Of a stretch of 64,000 nucleotides of DNA, positions 39,426 through 51,399 are shown piece by piece. Source of the stretch: Octopus sinensis (lineage: Eukaryota). The stretch spans positions 9,982,001 to 10,046,000 of the forward strand of contig NC_043017.1 in NCBI RefSeq assembly GCF_006345805.1, read 5' to 3'. The translations under genes were made by a program, and so were the position numbers. Position 1 is the first letter of the stretch; the number at the start of each line of letters is the position of its first letter. The notes below the pieces were generated by a model. That model did no database searches. It saw nothing but the letters and a program-made list of their open reading frames with translations, and was not told the origin of the DNA.

Positions 39426-40113
39426 TTAAATATAACGATAAAACTGAATGTGCACACACATTCATTTACCTAGATATAGATGTGTACATGTGTTAGCATC
39501 AGTGGTGCCTGGTGGTTGTTGTATTGGATATGCTGCCACACCCAATGCCACCAAATTTCAAGCAGGAGTATAACAAAAGTTTTCCATTAAGATTTGTAAT
39601 TAAATTAACGAGTAAGAAAATATTCATTATGAATTTGCCATTTTTGCTGGGTGTGCACTGCACACCCAGCAAAAATACAGGGGTTGGTTCCCCTCTCATT
39701 CTCCTTAACTTTCTCATTTTCTCTTGCTCTCTCCCTAGAAGAAAAAAAAACAATCATGTAGGAACCAGGGTCCTGAAAGAGGAATAGGCTCAGCCAACTT
39801 TAAAATACTCCAGATACACTATACTTTGATAATGCCCCTAGAACTCCATCAGGAGTTGAGAGCCTCAGGAAGTAAATAAGCACCACAAGGGACAGGAATG
39901 ATTCGTATATGCTACTATACACAGTGGAAACATTGAAGAATTGAATGAATGCTTCCTTGGTTTGCATTGCCAAAAACACATCATCCCAAGATGAGAGTTA
40001 CCTGCAAAGTTATCCACTTAATGTTATATAAACCAATGAGAAAGAAGCCCTGGCTTAGTTGTTGATGATGTGTGACCCCTTCAGTCTGCCTAATTAATCC
40101 TGACACTGTAGAC

Positions 40114-40338
40114 CAGGGGTGGGCAAACTACGGCCCGCGGGCCGCATGCGGCCCGCCATAGGTTTTCATGCGGCTCGCCGAGAGGAATATTTCACAAAAT
40201 TTCCTTTCAATCAATTGTGTGTTTATAGGTCTATAACCGCCTTTAAAAATATTTTCACTTGATTTTTATAAATGAGGCCCGCCAAGGTTCCAAAGACGCA
40301 CTGTGCGGCCCGCGATCAAAAAAGTTCGCCCACCCCTG
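40114..40338. mobile_element. hAT (Charlie-like) MITE
   Basis: TIR CAGGGGTGGGC(A/G)AACT; perfect 8-bp TSD CTGTAGAC; GGCCCGC subterminal motifs. Confidence 0.9.
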
Positions 40339-40606
40339 CTGTAGACCTATATTGGAAATAAGACATGCAGAAAAGTACTGACCTGTATTCTGCAAGGATC
40401 TTAAGAAAGATTCTTGAGATTTGAGGTGATTTGCTGTCACCAAACCTCAAGACAATGGCATTCCAGCCATGACCATCTCATCTTTTTTAAACTGGTGGTA
40501 TGAAGGACAACATTATATAATGTGTCTTTTTCATTTTTAAGATAATAAGCTGTGATTTGAAGAAGGTTTAGCTGCTGTTTCTAACAGGTTGAGTAACAAT
40601 ATGGAG

Positions 40607-40784
40607 CAGGCATGGATGACCTTTTTTGAGAAGTGGATCATATGAAACATGACTCATCCTAGAAATGTTCATAGTAACTTTGTGTTAGTCATTCCCCCTC
40701 CCCCAAAGGACACGACTAATATCCCCCATCTAAAGTTCCCTCATGGCCGCATGCTGCCCACAGGTTGCAAGTTGTCCACGACTG
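40607..40784. mobile_element. Old hAT-type MITE
   Basis: CAGGCATGGATGACCT / AGTTGTCCACGACTG termini; degenerate 8-bp TSD ATATGGAG/GTATAGAG. Confidence 0.5.
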
Positions 40785-41525
40785 GTATAGAGATTCCCTT
40801 GTTGGCTGTAGAGCAGAGGGCCAAGTCAAGAAATATAAACCCAAAAGTAGTGAAAAGCCCTCAATGACTGTGGTTCCTTCTGATCCCTAGAGACACAGTT
40901 CAGTAACAACTCTACAGTGAGATACAGGTGCATTATTCTTCTGGAACCTTCCTAAATTACTGATTTTTCCAAACCAGAGGTGGTCACCCTGGTCATTACA
41001 CTTTAAATTAATCAAATATTAAATTTACTTAAATAATTAAATGGAATCCAGTTATCTGTACACATGTATTAATGATACAAATTGTATCAAGATACTTGTA
41101 AACTAATTTGGTGGTTGTGGGAACCTGAAGTTCCTACTCATTAGAGCAGATTATAAGAGTTCAGGAAATTTGTGTTGTACTTGTATTTACTCATTCACAC
41201 AAAATAGATATAAGGTTAAAGGATTGGCCATATAAACAACAAGGTCAGAATTTCAACCTTAACTCCAGCCATTACATTGTGCCTCTGTACAAGGCATATC
41301 ACCTCCATTTGCTTCATCTGGACAGAGTGAACCACAATATGTATTAGATTCCAAGTTCTTAAGTCACAGTTGAATGTTTAGCTAGCAATCAGAAGGGCAT
41401 TATCCAGATATTTAAACAAATGTTCCAACAGAATAAATCATCCCATATGGATGTACAACAGTGAAAAAAATTTGGAAAATAAGTTTTGTGAACTGTATTA
41501 TGGTGCATTTTTTTTTTATAGATTT

Positions 41526-42494
41526 CTAGACATCCATAGTTGATCTGTTCCTCATTTTTGTGTCTAAAGTTATAACGTTTGATTCTTGCTCCTGTATTCT
41601 GGAAGCTGAACACGAGCAGTCAGGTTTGCTCCACAGTTGCCGCAGACCCATACGAAACTCACGACTCATTGTTATATAGATGAAAAACTTGTAGAATGAG
41701 TTCCCGATGGCAAGCCACAACAAGTAAAAATGCAAAGGGCTCCTGTATCCATTTTGGTTCCTACTATAAATAATATCGTGCACTTGTAAAACGCACCATG
41801 GGATCCATGCCAAGGTGAATATTACAGATGCTACAGAGTTCATGAAGTAATTCCATGGTCGAGACGCTCGGTCTTGAAGGATTGTCTCATAGACCTCTCG
41901 TTTCTTTCTGAAGGAAGAGGAGCACAGGTAGGAAATGGTGTAGATCAGCCCAAATATCGGTGGACAGGTCATGATGAGTCCTGCTGTGATGAAGTAGGCC
42001 AATTGGAGCCTGGTGTCGATGATGCACATGAAGGCTTCCTCGTCGTATCGCGCACGATGTAGTGCAAAGAGCGGAGGACAGCAGAAGCTGAAAGCTGAAA
42101 ACCACACGAAAACTGTCCAACAGATACAGCGTACTGGAGACATGAGTGTATTGTACCGCTCTGGTCTACGAATAGCAATGTAGTGGTCAACATTGATGCA
42201 CATCAGTGAATACAGGCCAGCGATCCAGAATATAGTAGTAAGATAGGCTTCGATTTGACAAAATCTGTTGTCACCATACACCCATTGGCCAAAAAAGGAG
42301 GTGAGGATGGAAAATGGAGTTATGAAAAGTCCTAGACAGAGGTCAGCAAAAGTCAGTGAATAGAAAAACAGTTTGTTGACATTGTGAAGGCAATTCGTGT
42401 TGCAAAGTACAAGAATTATAAGAATATTACCAACAATGATGATAAAATTAACAGCTATGATTACACCTGTCTGAACAGAAATTTCAGGCTCCAT
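41526..42494 (-). CDS. Class A (rhodopsin-like) GPCR, 322 aa, single coding exon, orphan GPR21/GPR52-like
   Basis: Seven hydrophobic segments; TM1 GN, TM2 LTFADL, ECL1 WVYG..FC, TM3 DHY, TM4 W, TM6 AWIP, TM7 WLAIGNSFYKFFIY, helix 8 FRMGLRQL and C-terminal CSC; AAAATGG start with an in-frame TAA 7 codons upstream. Confidence 0.95.
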   Translation of the reverse strand: MEPEISVQTGVIIAVNFIIIVGNILIILVLCNTNCLHNVNKLFFYSLTFADLCLGLFITPFSILTSFFGQWVYGDNRFCQIEAYLTTIFWIAGLYSLMCINVDHYIAIRRPERYNTLMSPVRCICWTVFVWFSAFSFCCPPLFALHRARYDEEAFMCIIDTRLQLAYFITAGLIMTCPPIFGLIYTISYLCSSSFRKKREVYETILQDRASRPWNYFMNSVASVIFTLAWIPWCVLQVHDIIYSRNQNGYRSPLHFYLLWLAIGNSFYKFFIYITMSREFRMGLRQLWSKPDCSCSASRIQEQESNVITLDTKMRNRSTMDV

Positions 42495-42642
42495 TTTTAA
42501 CAGGTTTACTGTTTAATCTCAAAGAGCCAAATTTCATTGAATAAGAAGAAACTGTAATAAATTCTTTGGTGATTATATTTCAAAGAAGAATCCCGGAATG
42601 CTCCAATTTTCGATATAATCATGATATTTGGAAGGGGTCTTA

Positions 42643-42855
42643 CCCTTTAGCATTCAAATTACTCTGTCAAATGTAATGCTTTTATTTTCACATTGTTGTG
42701 AATTAATCATGCTTCATCTCATAGCTGTGGTGATTCCAGTGGCATGATTACTTTTAGAATGACATTGTAGGGTAGGTGTGAAAGGCTGGATATGGCCTGT
42801 TTGACCATAAAATGGAATATTTGGGCTGGATATGGCTGGTTTAAATGCAAAAGCA
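42643..42855. mobile_element. Degenerate piggyBac-type MITE family 1, ~150 bp upstream of the GPCR ATG
   Basis: CCCTTTAGCATTCAAATTACTCTGTCAAATG...GGATATGGCTGGTTTAAATGC matches the other copies. Confidence 0.75.
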
Positions 42856-44174
42856 GTAAGTAAAATATCTATAATCTTATATAAACGTATTTATTATCTT
42901 GAAGATGGCCATCTAAAATCTCATGTTGTCATTCACATTGTAATGAAATTTGGGTTGTGATTTTGCTTCAAATTCAACCAGACAGTTTTATATTAAAAGA
43001 GTCAAATTTTTCCAGAGAAAATTTATACATTTTGCAGAGGAGGAGAAAACGGGGGAGAATGGAAATTCCCTCGTTAAATATGAGGAATTCTCTAATTCCA
43101 TGATGAAATAGTCAATTTTGGTCAATGAAAATATAAATTCATCCATTTTGCTTCAGCCATGAAATGAAAAAGAACTCAATCATTCAAATGGGATGAGTCA
43201 TAAAGACATAGAAAATTTGCATCTTCTCAATATTCTAATCAAGTCCACTAGAATGTTCTGGAATATATGTCTTTAAATTACATAGAAAATGGCAAACAAC
43301 AACACTATAAAAAAGCAAAAATAAGATAAGGTGAAAACTATAAAATTTAAATATCAAAAAGAAGATACAAAAGATAAATACAAAATATAGTTCAATTTTT
43401 TTTAAAAATATAGATTTGAATACATAAGAAAGAAAATTTCTTTTTCGCTGATATAAAATTTTCTTTTAGAGCCAGGTTTGAAAATATCTGAAAATGTGAA
43501 AGAAAAATGGAGAAGGGGGTGGGGAAGGAAGATGCGAAAGAAACAACAGCGATGAAGAAATGTATAAAAGAAAGAAAAAAAAGAAAGAATAAATATAAAA
43601 AAGTAATCAAATTGAAATATTAATAATGTAATTTTAAAAGCAGAAGACAAAATCCAAAACTTGAGCCAAAGAACCACATGAAAATAAAAACAAAATAGAA
43701 CAAAAAAGAAAACAAAAAACAAATATACATATAACAGGAGAAAACTCCTAAAGAATTTACCAAAAAAAATACATTAAAAGAATCTCAGTAAAAAAGTTAA
43801 GAAATACAAACTCCAAGACGTCCAGTCAGTTGACAAATTCTAAAGATAGTTCAGCCATATTAATTCAGAGTCCATTATGGCTTTTTTAATGTTTTTTGTC
43901 AAGATTTTGAGGGGATTTTTGAAAAATATTTTCTTTAATGTCTGTCAGCTTTTGAGACACATCAGACCAATGAACAAATGAGCTGCAAATTTTACCAATA
44001 TATTTTACATTTCTTCTTCAATTTTCCCTTCCAAAACATTCCATCCTCTAAATTATTTCTGTCTTGTTTGTTATCAGAAGAACCAAGGAATATCGTACAG
44101 AAATTCCATATTTTAAATATTTTGTTTTTATTGCATTTTTTGTTAGCTGTTATTTTTGTATAATGTTTATAGCC

Positions 44175-44223
<49 letters not shown>

Positions 44224-44698
44224 GTTATTGTTATTATTATTATTATTATTATATGTTTGTTTGTTTTTTTTTTATTTTGCTTCTGTTTTTCCCCCCCACT
44301 ACATCGTCCGTCCATTCAATAAGCTAAAATGTAATGTCCAACATGGTCAGTGGATCAGCCCACAATGAAAGTAAAAGAAATTAATAACTAATGAAAACGA
44401 GAGTGTAAAAATATACAAAAACAAAAAAATACAGAAATAAATAAGGAGAGAGAGAGAGAGAGAGAGTGAAAGAGAACAAAGAACCAACAAAAATAAACAA
44501 ATATATATATGTATGTATCTATGTATGTATATATATCTATATATATCTGTATGTATGTGTGTGTGTGTATATGTACATATATATATATATCTATATATAT
44601 ATATATATATCTGTCTGCCTATCTATCTGTCTGTCTATCTATCTGTCTATCTATCTATCTATCTATCTATCTATCCATCTATCTATCTATCTATCTAT

Positions 44699-44753
<55 letters not shown>

Positions 44754-44927
44754 TGTTGGTGTGAAACTTTAAAATCAGGCCCCCCTAATTGACCTTTCTT
44801 TGAAATGTTGGGGCCACCACAGGAATGCAGTTAGAATTTGTTTGCTACTTGTCAAACAAAGGAGCTTAGATGCCTTTGCGTGTGTATGTGTATGTATGTG
44901 TGTGTGTGTGTATGTGTGTGTGTGTGT

Positions 44928-44962
<35 letters not shown>

Positions 44963-45065
44963 ATGTGCATGCAAGTGCTTGTATATGTGTTTCAGTGTAA
45001 ATGAACGTATATGTAAAAGTGTGTGTGTGAAAAAACTAAATCTCATTAGATGATATTATATACAC

Positions 45066-45098
<33 letters not shown>

Positions 45099-45476
45099 TT
45101 TACTTATTTATTTATAGCTAATTAACCTTGGCCATTAAGATGGGTTTGGTGCCAGATAATAAAACGTTTGGAAGAAATCGATTCCTTGATTTCTGCAGAC
45201 AGACAGCTGGATCTAAGTTCTTTTATGCTAGGTTTCCCATCCTCGTAATTCTACATCTAATGGACCACAACAACAACAACAAAAACAACCAAACATTGCT
45301 TTTCTTTTCTTTTGTTATTCATTTTTTATTGTTTTTATTGTTTTTTTTTGGTCTTCTTTGTTGTTGTTTTATGTAGTTGGCAGACTTCTGTTTTTGTCTT
45401 TGATGCGAAGTAAAATAGAATCGGTCCACTTTTCCCTGTGTCTTTGACAACTCATCGGGCACAAAACACTGGACTC

Positions 45477-45545
45477 CTGAAGCAGAAAACAAAAACAAAA
45501 CAAGAAGAGAAGAGAATGAAGAAAGAAAGAAAGAAAGAAAGAACA
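45477..45545 (-). promoter_or_regulatory. Candidate splice acceptor (possible upstream or 5'-UTR exon boundary of the GPCR)
   Basis: Minus strand long polypyrimidine tract ending TTTTCTGCTTCAG|GAGTCC; function not shown. Confidence 0.35.
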
Positions 45546-45704
45546 TGATCAATAGGATAGGGGGGAGCAGGGGGGGACATGCACACATGAATAAATAAGC
45601 ATACGCACACACATACACATTCACACATACACATACACACACACATGAATAAATGAATGAACCAAATATATTTGGCACACTACTGATTGAGAATGGTAAC
45701 ACCT

Positions 45705-45706
45705 AT

Positions 45707-45742
<36 letters not shown>

Positions 45743-46300
45743 CATCCATGCATATACACATACACACATCAGTGTTCACACACACACACACACACACACA
45801 CACAACATCCATGCATATACACATACTCACATCAGTGTTCATGCACACACACACACACAGCATCCATACATATACACATACAGACTTCAGTGTTCATGCA
45901 CACATACACACACACACACACACACAACATTCATACATATACACATACACACATCAGTGTTCATGCACACATACACACATCAACATCCATACACATACAC
46001 ACATACAGACATCAGTGTTCATGTACACACACACACACAACATCCATACATATATACATTACACATACATACACACATGCAGACATCAGTGTTCATGCAC
46101 ACACACACAACATCCATACATATACATATACACACATACAGACATCAGTGTTCATGTACACATACACACACACAAGATCCATCCATATACACATACACAC
46201 ATGCAGACATCAGTACTCATGCACACACACACACACAAACTAGCATGTGTGTACACACACACACAAGCTAGCATGTGTGTACACACACATATACACACAT
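45705..46300. repeat. CA-rich ~60-bp minisatellite
   Basis: Recurrent CATCAGTGTTCATGCACAC and CAACATCCATACATATAC units. Confidence 0.85.
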
Positions 46301-46799
46301 GAATGAACAGAATATATTTGGCATGTTATTGGCTGAGAACATATGGCACCACACAAACACATGTATATTCACCACAAGCACTCACATTATACACACACAC
46401 ACACACATGCACGCTTACATACATGTATACACACATACATATGTATGAATATATGCCACATACACTCACTTCCATTACATTATCCATTGAATCCAGAAAT
46501 GACCTCTACTACTATTGCAATCAACAGCACAGTCCTACAGGCTTTGAATTGTTTTATTGCAAAGATTCCCAACCCTTTGAAGTTCAAAGCCAGTCTTTTG
46601 CAAAATTGGTCTTTTACAAAGCCCCTTCCGCACTCCCCCGTGTTATGCAAAAATGAAGCAAAAGGAACAGATTATTTCAAATCCTTTTGATGCTAATCCA
46701 CTTCAACCCTAATTCCAAGATACGAACCCCTTGTTGTAATGAGATCTGAAATGAACACTGTCGATTTATGTTCCTAACAACAGCAGCCATTATTTATAA

Positions 46800-48570
46800 G
46801 GGTTTCAAATTTTGGCACAAGGCCAGCAATTTTGGGGGAGAGGTAAATCAATCACACTGGCTCCAGTGTCCCAACTAGTACTTATCTTATCGACCCCAAA
46901 AGGAGGAAAAGCAAAGTTGACCTCAGTGGAATTTGAACTCAGAATGTAAAGACATGAAATTCTACTCAACATGTTAACGATCCTGCTAGCTCACTGCCTT
47001 AATAATAATAATCCTTTCAACTACAGACACAAAGCCTGAAATTTGGGGGAAGGGAGACACTCAATTATATCAACCCCCAGCGCTCCACTGGTACTCATTG
47101 GTCCTGAAAGGGTGAAAGGCAAAGTCGACCTTGGCAGAATTTGAGCTCAGAATGTAAAGGCAGACAGAATACTGCTAAGTGTTTTGCCCAACATGGTAGC
47201 AATTCTGCCACCTCACTGCCTTACAATACCTTAAAAATGACAAATTATTTTGATCTAAATTCTTCATTATTTTAGGAAAAATTACTTAAAATGCAACACT
47301 GTGTATTCCAACAAAATATGGTAATGAATGGGTTGAAAAATTACTGACAGAAATGTTTGGTAAATAAATTTATTCTTGTTAAAAACTAGAGAAAAGTTCC
47401 ATTATAGAAGAGTACTTTTACCCTTAATGGGATATTAATAATAATAATCCTTTCTACTATAGGCAGAAAACTTGAATTTGAGGGCGAGAGCAAGTTGATT
47501 TCATCAACCCCAGTACTTGATTGATATTTATTTTCTTGACCCCAGAAAGAATGAAAGACAAAGTTGACCTCAGCGGAATTTGAACTCAGAATATTAAGAT
47601 GGGCAAACTGGTAACAGCAAATAGCTCTGCTAGGAACAGCTGATATTTTGATCAAGATACTACCAATACCCTACACCAGTGGTTTTCAACCAGGGTTCCG
47701 CCAGTACAGTCCAGGGGTTCCGCAAGAAGTTACAAAACTGCTAAAATCGGCAGTAATTTTAAAGTTTCCTGTGCAGATATGTGTGCATAAGACTTAAATT
47801 ATTGCACAGGGGTTCCTCGAGCCAGTGGAATGTTTCCTTGGGGTTCCGCTCCAGCAAAAAGTTTGAAAAGCACTGCCCTACACAAAAAGCAGCTGATAAT
47901 TTAAAGCAACACAGTTTGTGCACCAAATACTTTACAAGATTCAATACCCAATAAGACAACCAACATTACACATACCATGCAGAAGAGAACAAACATAAGG
48001 AAATATAAACTCAACTTTATAAGAAAACTAACTGACACAGCATGCCAACAGGAGGGGTTATACTCGGCAAACCCCCACAAAAATAAAAATACTAAGCTCA
48101 GGAACATGGAAGTGCACCACGTGGTGTGGTAGAAATTTGTATGAAACCCTTGGAGAAAAATACTACTACTTATAAAAATGGTTTCAAATTTTGGCACAAG
48201 GCCAGCAATTTCAGGGTTGGGATAAGTTGATGGCATCAACCCCAGTGCATAACTGGTACTTGTTTTATCAACCCTGAAAGGATGTGAGGCAAAGTCAACC
48301 TCGGCAGATTTGAACTCAGAGGGTAAAGATGGACAAAATACCACTAAGGACTTTGCCTGATGTGCTAAGGATTATGTCAGCTTGCCACATTAGTAATAAT
48401 AATAATAATAATAGTTTCAAATTTTGGCACAAGGCAAGCAAGATCGGGGGAGTGGGTAAGTCACATCGATCCTGGTGCTCAACTTGTAGTTACTTTACCA
48501 ACTCTGAAAGGATGAAGGGTGAAATAGACCTCAGTGGAATTGGAACTCAGAACATAATACAGACAGAAGC
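46800..48570 (-). mobile_element. Cluster of about five older SINE family B copies
   Basis: Repeated AAAGTTGACCTC..GGAATTTGAACTCAGAA, several separated by (AAT)n. Confidence 0.75.
47677..47875. mobile_element. hAT MITE
   Basis: TIR CAGTG(G/C)TTTTCAA; perfect 8-bp TSD CCCTACAC; GGGGTTCCGC subterminal motifs. Confidence 0.9.
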
Positions 48571-48856
48571 AAAGTGCTTAGTGGCATTTTCACATAATAA
48601 TAAATATAATTTTTTATTATTATTATTATTATTATTTTTTTTTAAGGGCATCCAGCTGTAGAAACATTGCCAGATAAGACCGGAGCCTGGTGCAGCCTTC
48701 TGGCTTCCCAGATCCCTGGTCGAACCGTCCAACCCATGCTAGCATGGAGAACAGACGTTAAACGATGATGATGATGATGATGATGAATTCTGAAACTGAA
48801 AAGAAGACTATAGGCCATATGTTCAGAAATTTAAATCTTATGACAAACTTTTGCCA

Positions 48857-50114
48857 GGGAACAGAAGTCGTATACTCATTTGGGAACAGAGGTCGTATAC
48901 TCATTTGGGAACAGAGATTGTATACTCATTTGGGAACAGAGATCGTATACTCATTTGAGAACAGAGATCATATACTCATTTGGGAACAGAAGTCGTATAC
49001 TCATTTGGGAACAGAGATTGTATACTCATTTGGGAACAGAGATTGTATACTCATTTGGGAACAGAGATCGTATACTCATTTGGGAACAGAAGTCGTATAC
49101 TCATTTGGGAACAGAGGTCGTATACTCATTTGGGAACAGAGTTCGTATACTCATTTGGGAACAGAGATCGTATACTCATTTGGGAACAGAAGTCGTATAC
49201 TCTTTTGGGAACAGAGATCGTATACTCATTTGGGAACAGAAGTCGTATACTCTTTTGGGAACAGAGATCGTATACTTATTTGGGAACAGAGATCGTATAC
49301 TCATTTGGGAACAGAAGTCGTATACTCATTTGGGAACAGAGGTCGTATACTCATTTGGGAACAGAGATCGTATACTCATTTGGGAACAGAAGTCGTATAC
49401 TCATTTGGGAACAGAGATCGTATACTCATTTGGGAACAGAGGTCGTATACTCATTTGGGAACAGAGATCGTATACTCATTTGGGAACAGAGATTGTATAC
49501 TCATTTGGGAACAGAGATCGTATACTCATTTGAGAACAGAGATCGTATACTCATTTGGGAACAGAAGTCGTATACTCATTTGGGAACAGAGGTCGTATAC
49601 TCATTTGGGAACAGAGTTCGTATACTCATTTGGGAACAGAGATCGTATACTCATTTGGGAACAGAAGTCGTATACTCTTTTGGGAACAGAGATCGTATAC
49701 TCATTTGGGAACAGAAGTCGTATACTCTTTTGGGAACAGAGATCGTATACTTATTTGGGAACAGAGATCGTATACTCATTGGGAACAGAAGTCGTATACT
49801 CTTTTGGGAACAGAGGTCGTATACTCATTTGGGAACAGAGATCGTATACTCATTTGGGAACAGAAGTCGTATACTCATTTGGGAACAGAGATCGTATACT
49901 CATTTGGGAACAGAGGTCGTATACTCATTTGGGAACAGAGATCGTATACTCATTTGGGAACAGAGATTGTATACTCATTTGGGAACAGAGATCGTATACT
50001 CATTTGGGAACAGAGGTCGTATACTCATTTGGGAACAGAGGTCGTATACTCATTTGGGAACAGAGGTTGTATACTCATTTGGGAACAGAGGTCGTATACT
50101 CATTTGGGAACAGA
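48857..50114. repeat. 25-bp minisatellite, ~50 units, with a 19-unit higher-order duplication
   Basis: Unit TGGGAACAGA-NNNNN-TATACTCATT; the variant order of units 9-27 recurs in units 28-46. Confidence 0.95.
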
Positions 50115-50617
50115 ACGATGAGTGGAGATCAATGATCAATTTATCTGGAAGTGTTCTTGCTATAAATATTGTAAATATACTCTGGAACGATGATAATTGA
50201 AGATAAAACTAATTAGAACATAATGTAGATATATTATACACAGTAAAGATGACGATTAGAGATTTGAATTGATGGCAATGGAGTGTAGATATGAAATTGG
50301 TAAATATTTAAATGCTGTAAACATTGTAAAGAGATTGATAAGTTGGAAAATTATGCTGTTAATATTTCAGAGATGTATTTGTGTAGTAAGTGATTTTATC
50401 TGAGACTGAGTATTGAAACTAAAACAGTTACAGTTTGGAAGATATATATATATATATATATACATTAGCCATTCAAAGACACACACAGACTGTTAACATT
50501 TATTGCTTAATATGAAAATTTTTATCACACTCACTGTGACCTGGTCTGGTATATCTTACTGAAAAATGCCTTCCTGATCAAATAATGTTTAAGTTAACAG
50601 CTTTTGTGTGTCTTTAA

Positions 50618-50837
50618 CCCTTTCGTTACTGTATTTATTTTGAGATGCTCTGTGTTTCTTTCAATTACTTTAAATATAACAAAGAATTTAGTAAAATAAC
50701 TTAGTCATCATTCAGCTGGTGTTAGGAACATAAATTGTGACTAAGGTTTGGTGGAAGATTTTAATTCAAAATTTATGAAAACAAGACATTTATACTCAGA
50801 GCCAGAGCCGGTTTCAGCTGGGTTAGTACCGAAAGGG
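50618..50837. mobile_element. piggyBac-type MITE family 2 inserted in a small fold-back element
   Basis: TTAA TSD; TIR CCCTTTCG(T/G)TACT; host inverted arms TTAGCCATT..AAAGACACA..CTGTTAAC at ~50465-50495 and 50593-50849. Confidence 0.85.
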
Positions 50838-51178
50838 TTAAATGGCTAATATTTGTCTTCCATGCTCTATTCATTTTGTTATTAACAATCGTGTCTGATT
50901 TAAACAATTCATAAGGTAATTATTAGACTAATTACAGGTAGAAGTAGATAAGCATATTAATCAGAATATGATAAAGGAGTGAAAGTGGTTTATGAAGCTA
51001 TTTCTTTTGTTCGCAATAAAGGGTTTCACTCTCTCTCTGCCTCAGATGGTCGTGTGTGTCTTTGTTTATGTTTGTCCCCACCACCACCACCACACTTGAC
51101 AACTGGTGTTGGTTTGTTTACATCCCTGTGACTTACTGGTCCAGCAAAAGAATTCAACAGAATAAGTACCAGCTTTAA

Positions 51179-51399
51179 CCCTTTAGTGTTCACATTATTC
51201 TGCCAAAATTAATCCTTTTTTATCCTCATTGCCTTGAATTAATCATGCATTATCTTGTAGCTATGAGATTTTGATGAGGTAGCTGTTAATTTTTAAGATG
51301 ATATTGTAGGGTTGGTGTGAGAGACCAGATCTGGCCAGTTTGAACATAAAACAGGCGGAATATTTTTGGCCGGATATGGCCGGTTTAAATGCTAAAGGG
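51179..51399. mobile_element. piggyBac-type MITE family 1 inside a SINE A copy
   Basis: TTAA TSD; SINE A sequence continues on both sides (~51050-51500). Confidence 0.85.

Noticed and set aside
48765-50200. Long ORFs (456, 406, 217 aa) and a CRISPR-like appearance
   Set aside because: The ORFs arise from a stop-free 25-bp unit cycling through frames; the variable part is only 5 nt and recurrent, with no unique spacers, no cas genes and a eukaryotic context
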